From Camelus dromedarius (Eukaryota): a stretch of 64,000 nt of DNA. Position numbers and translations under genes: made by a program. The notes beneath the pieces were generated by a model, which saw only the letters and a list, made by a program, of their open reading frames with translations, did not search any database and was not told where the DNA came from. Below, one piece after another: positions 63,531 through 64,000 of this stretch. Position 1 is the stretch's first letter, and every line of letters starts with the position of its first letter. The DNA lies in the NCBI RefSeq assembly GCF_036321535.1, contig NC_087436.1, positions 39,186,001 through 39,250,000 of the forward strand. Direction: 5' to 3'.

Positions 63531-64000
63531 AATACATAGAATGGACATTATTATAACCATCATCACCTTATTTATTCAACAGCAGAGTAATGTTACTTGC
63601 TTATATCTTAGAACATTTTGAGCTTACTTTTCCCCTGACTGACATGAAGGGTATATGGAATTTTGGCATTCATTTAGTATACTGATGTTAACCATGAGGA
63701 AAGATGTGGCCTCTAAGGTGTAACTCGCAGCCAAGTTCACCCTTCCATCATGCCTCCAAATAAGGCTTCCATTACTTGTTGTGGGATGCCAGAAATTATG
63801 GTAGGAGTGGAAGGGGGACCTAAAACTGGGAGAAGTTTGAAAAGTTGAATGATGGAGGGGGTTTCAGTGTCTTCTACATAAACTTTGATGAAATGAGCAC
63901 CTTTGGGCTAAACTAAGGACATACATAGCCTCTGTCTCAGGATGTAGTAGGCGGCGTTGATAAAACTGAAGATTTAGTCACTCAGGCTTATATATTTTTT

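Noticed and set aside
1..64000. A novel multi-gene system (operon, CRISPR, defence island, intact ERV)
   Set aside because: The window holds one short eukaryotic exon plus decayed repeats, with no long ORFs, arrays or internal retroviral genes.

Overview
Mammalian genomic DNA, most likely camelid (camel, alpaca or vicuna). The evidence is several tRNA-Ala-derived SINEs that resemble the camelid vic-1 family, plus young lineage-type L1 3' ends. The only protein-coding sequence I can support is the first coding exon of SYNPO2 (synaptopodin-2/myopodin) on the minus strand, 46803->46699. It encodes MGTGDFICISMTGGAPWGFRLQGGKEQQQPLQVAK, the start of the PDZ domain. Bases 1-46698 are its long intron, and ~47.0-64 kb is promoter and upstream sequence. 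The rest is mainly interspersed repeats (L1, L2, MIR, CR1/L3, LTRs, DNA transposons) and microsatellites. Nearly all ORFs in the supplied track are spurious or L1 ORF2 remnants. I find no new multi-gene system. The most interesting observations are: (1) a GGC repeat in the SYNPO2 leader inside an AUG-initiated poly-glycine uORF, an arrangement like NOTCH2NLC/FMR1; (2) an exact 27-bp templated insertion with microhomologies, copied from 1.27 kb away; (3) an old ~270-bp dispersed duplication; (4) a tail-only retro-insertion with target-site duplication; (5) an LTR-borne CTCF motif. Repeat family names come from recalled consensus sequences and their boundaries are approximate.
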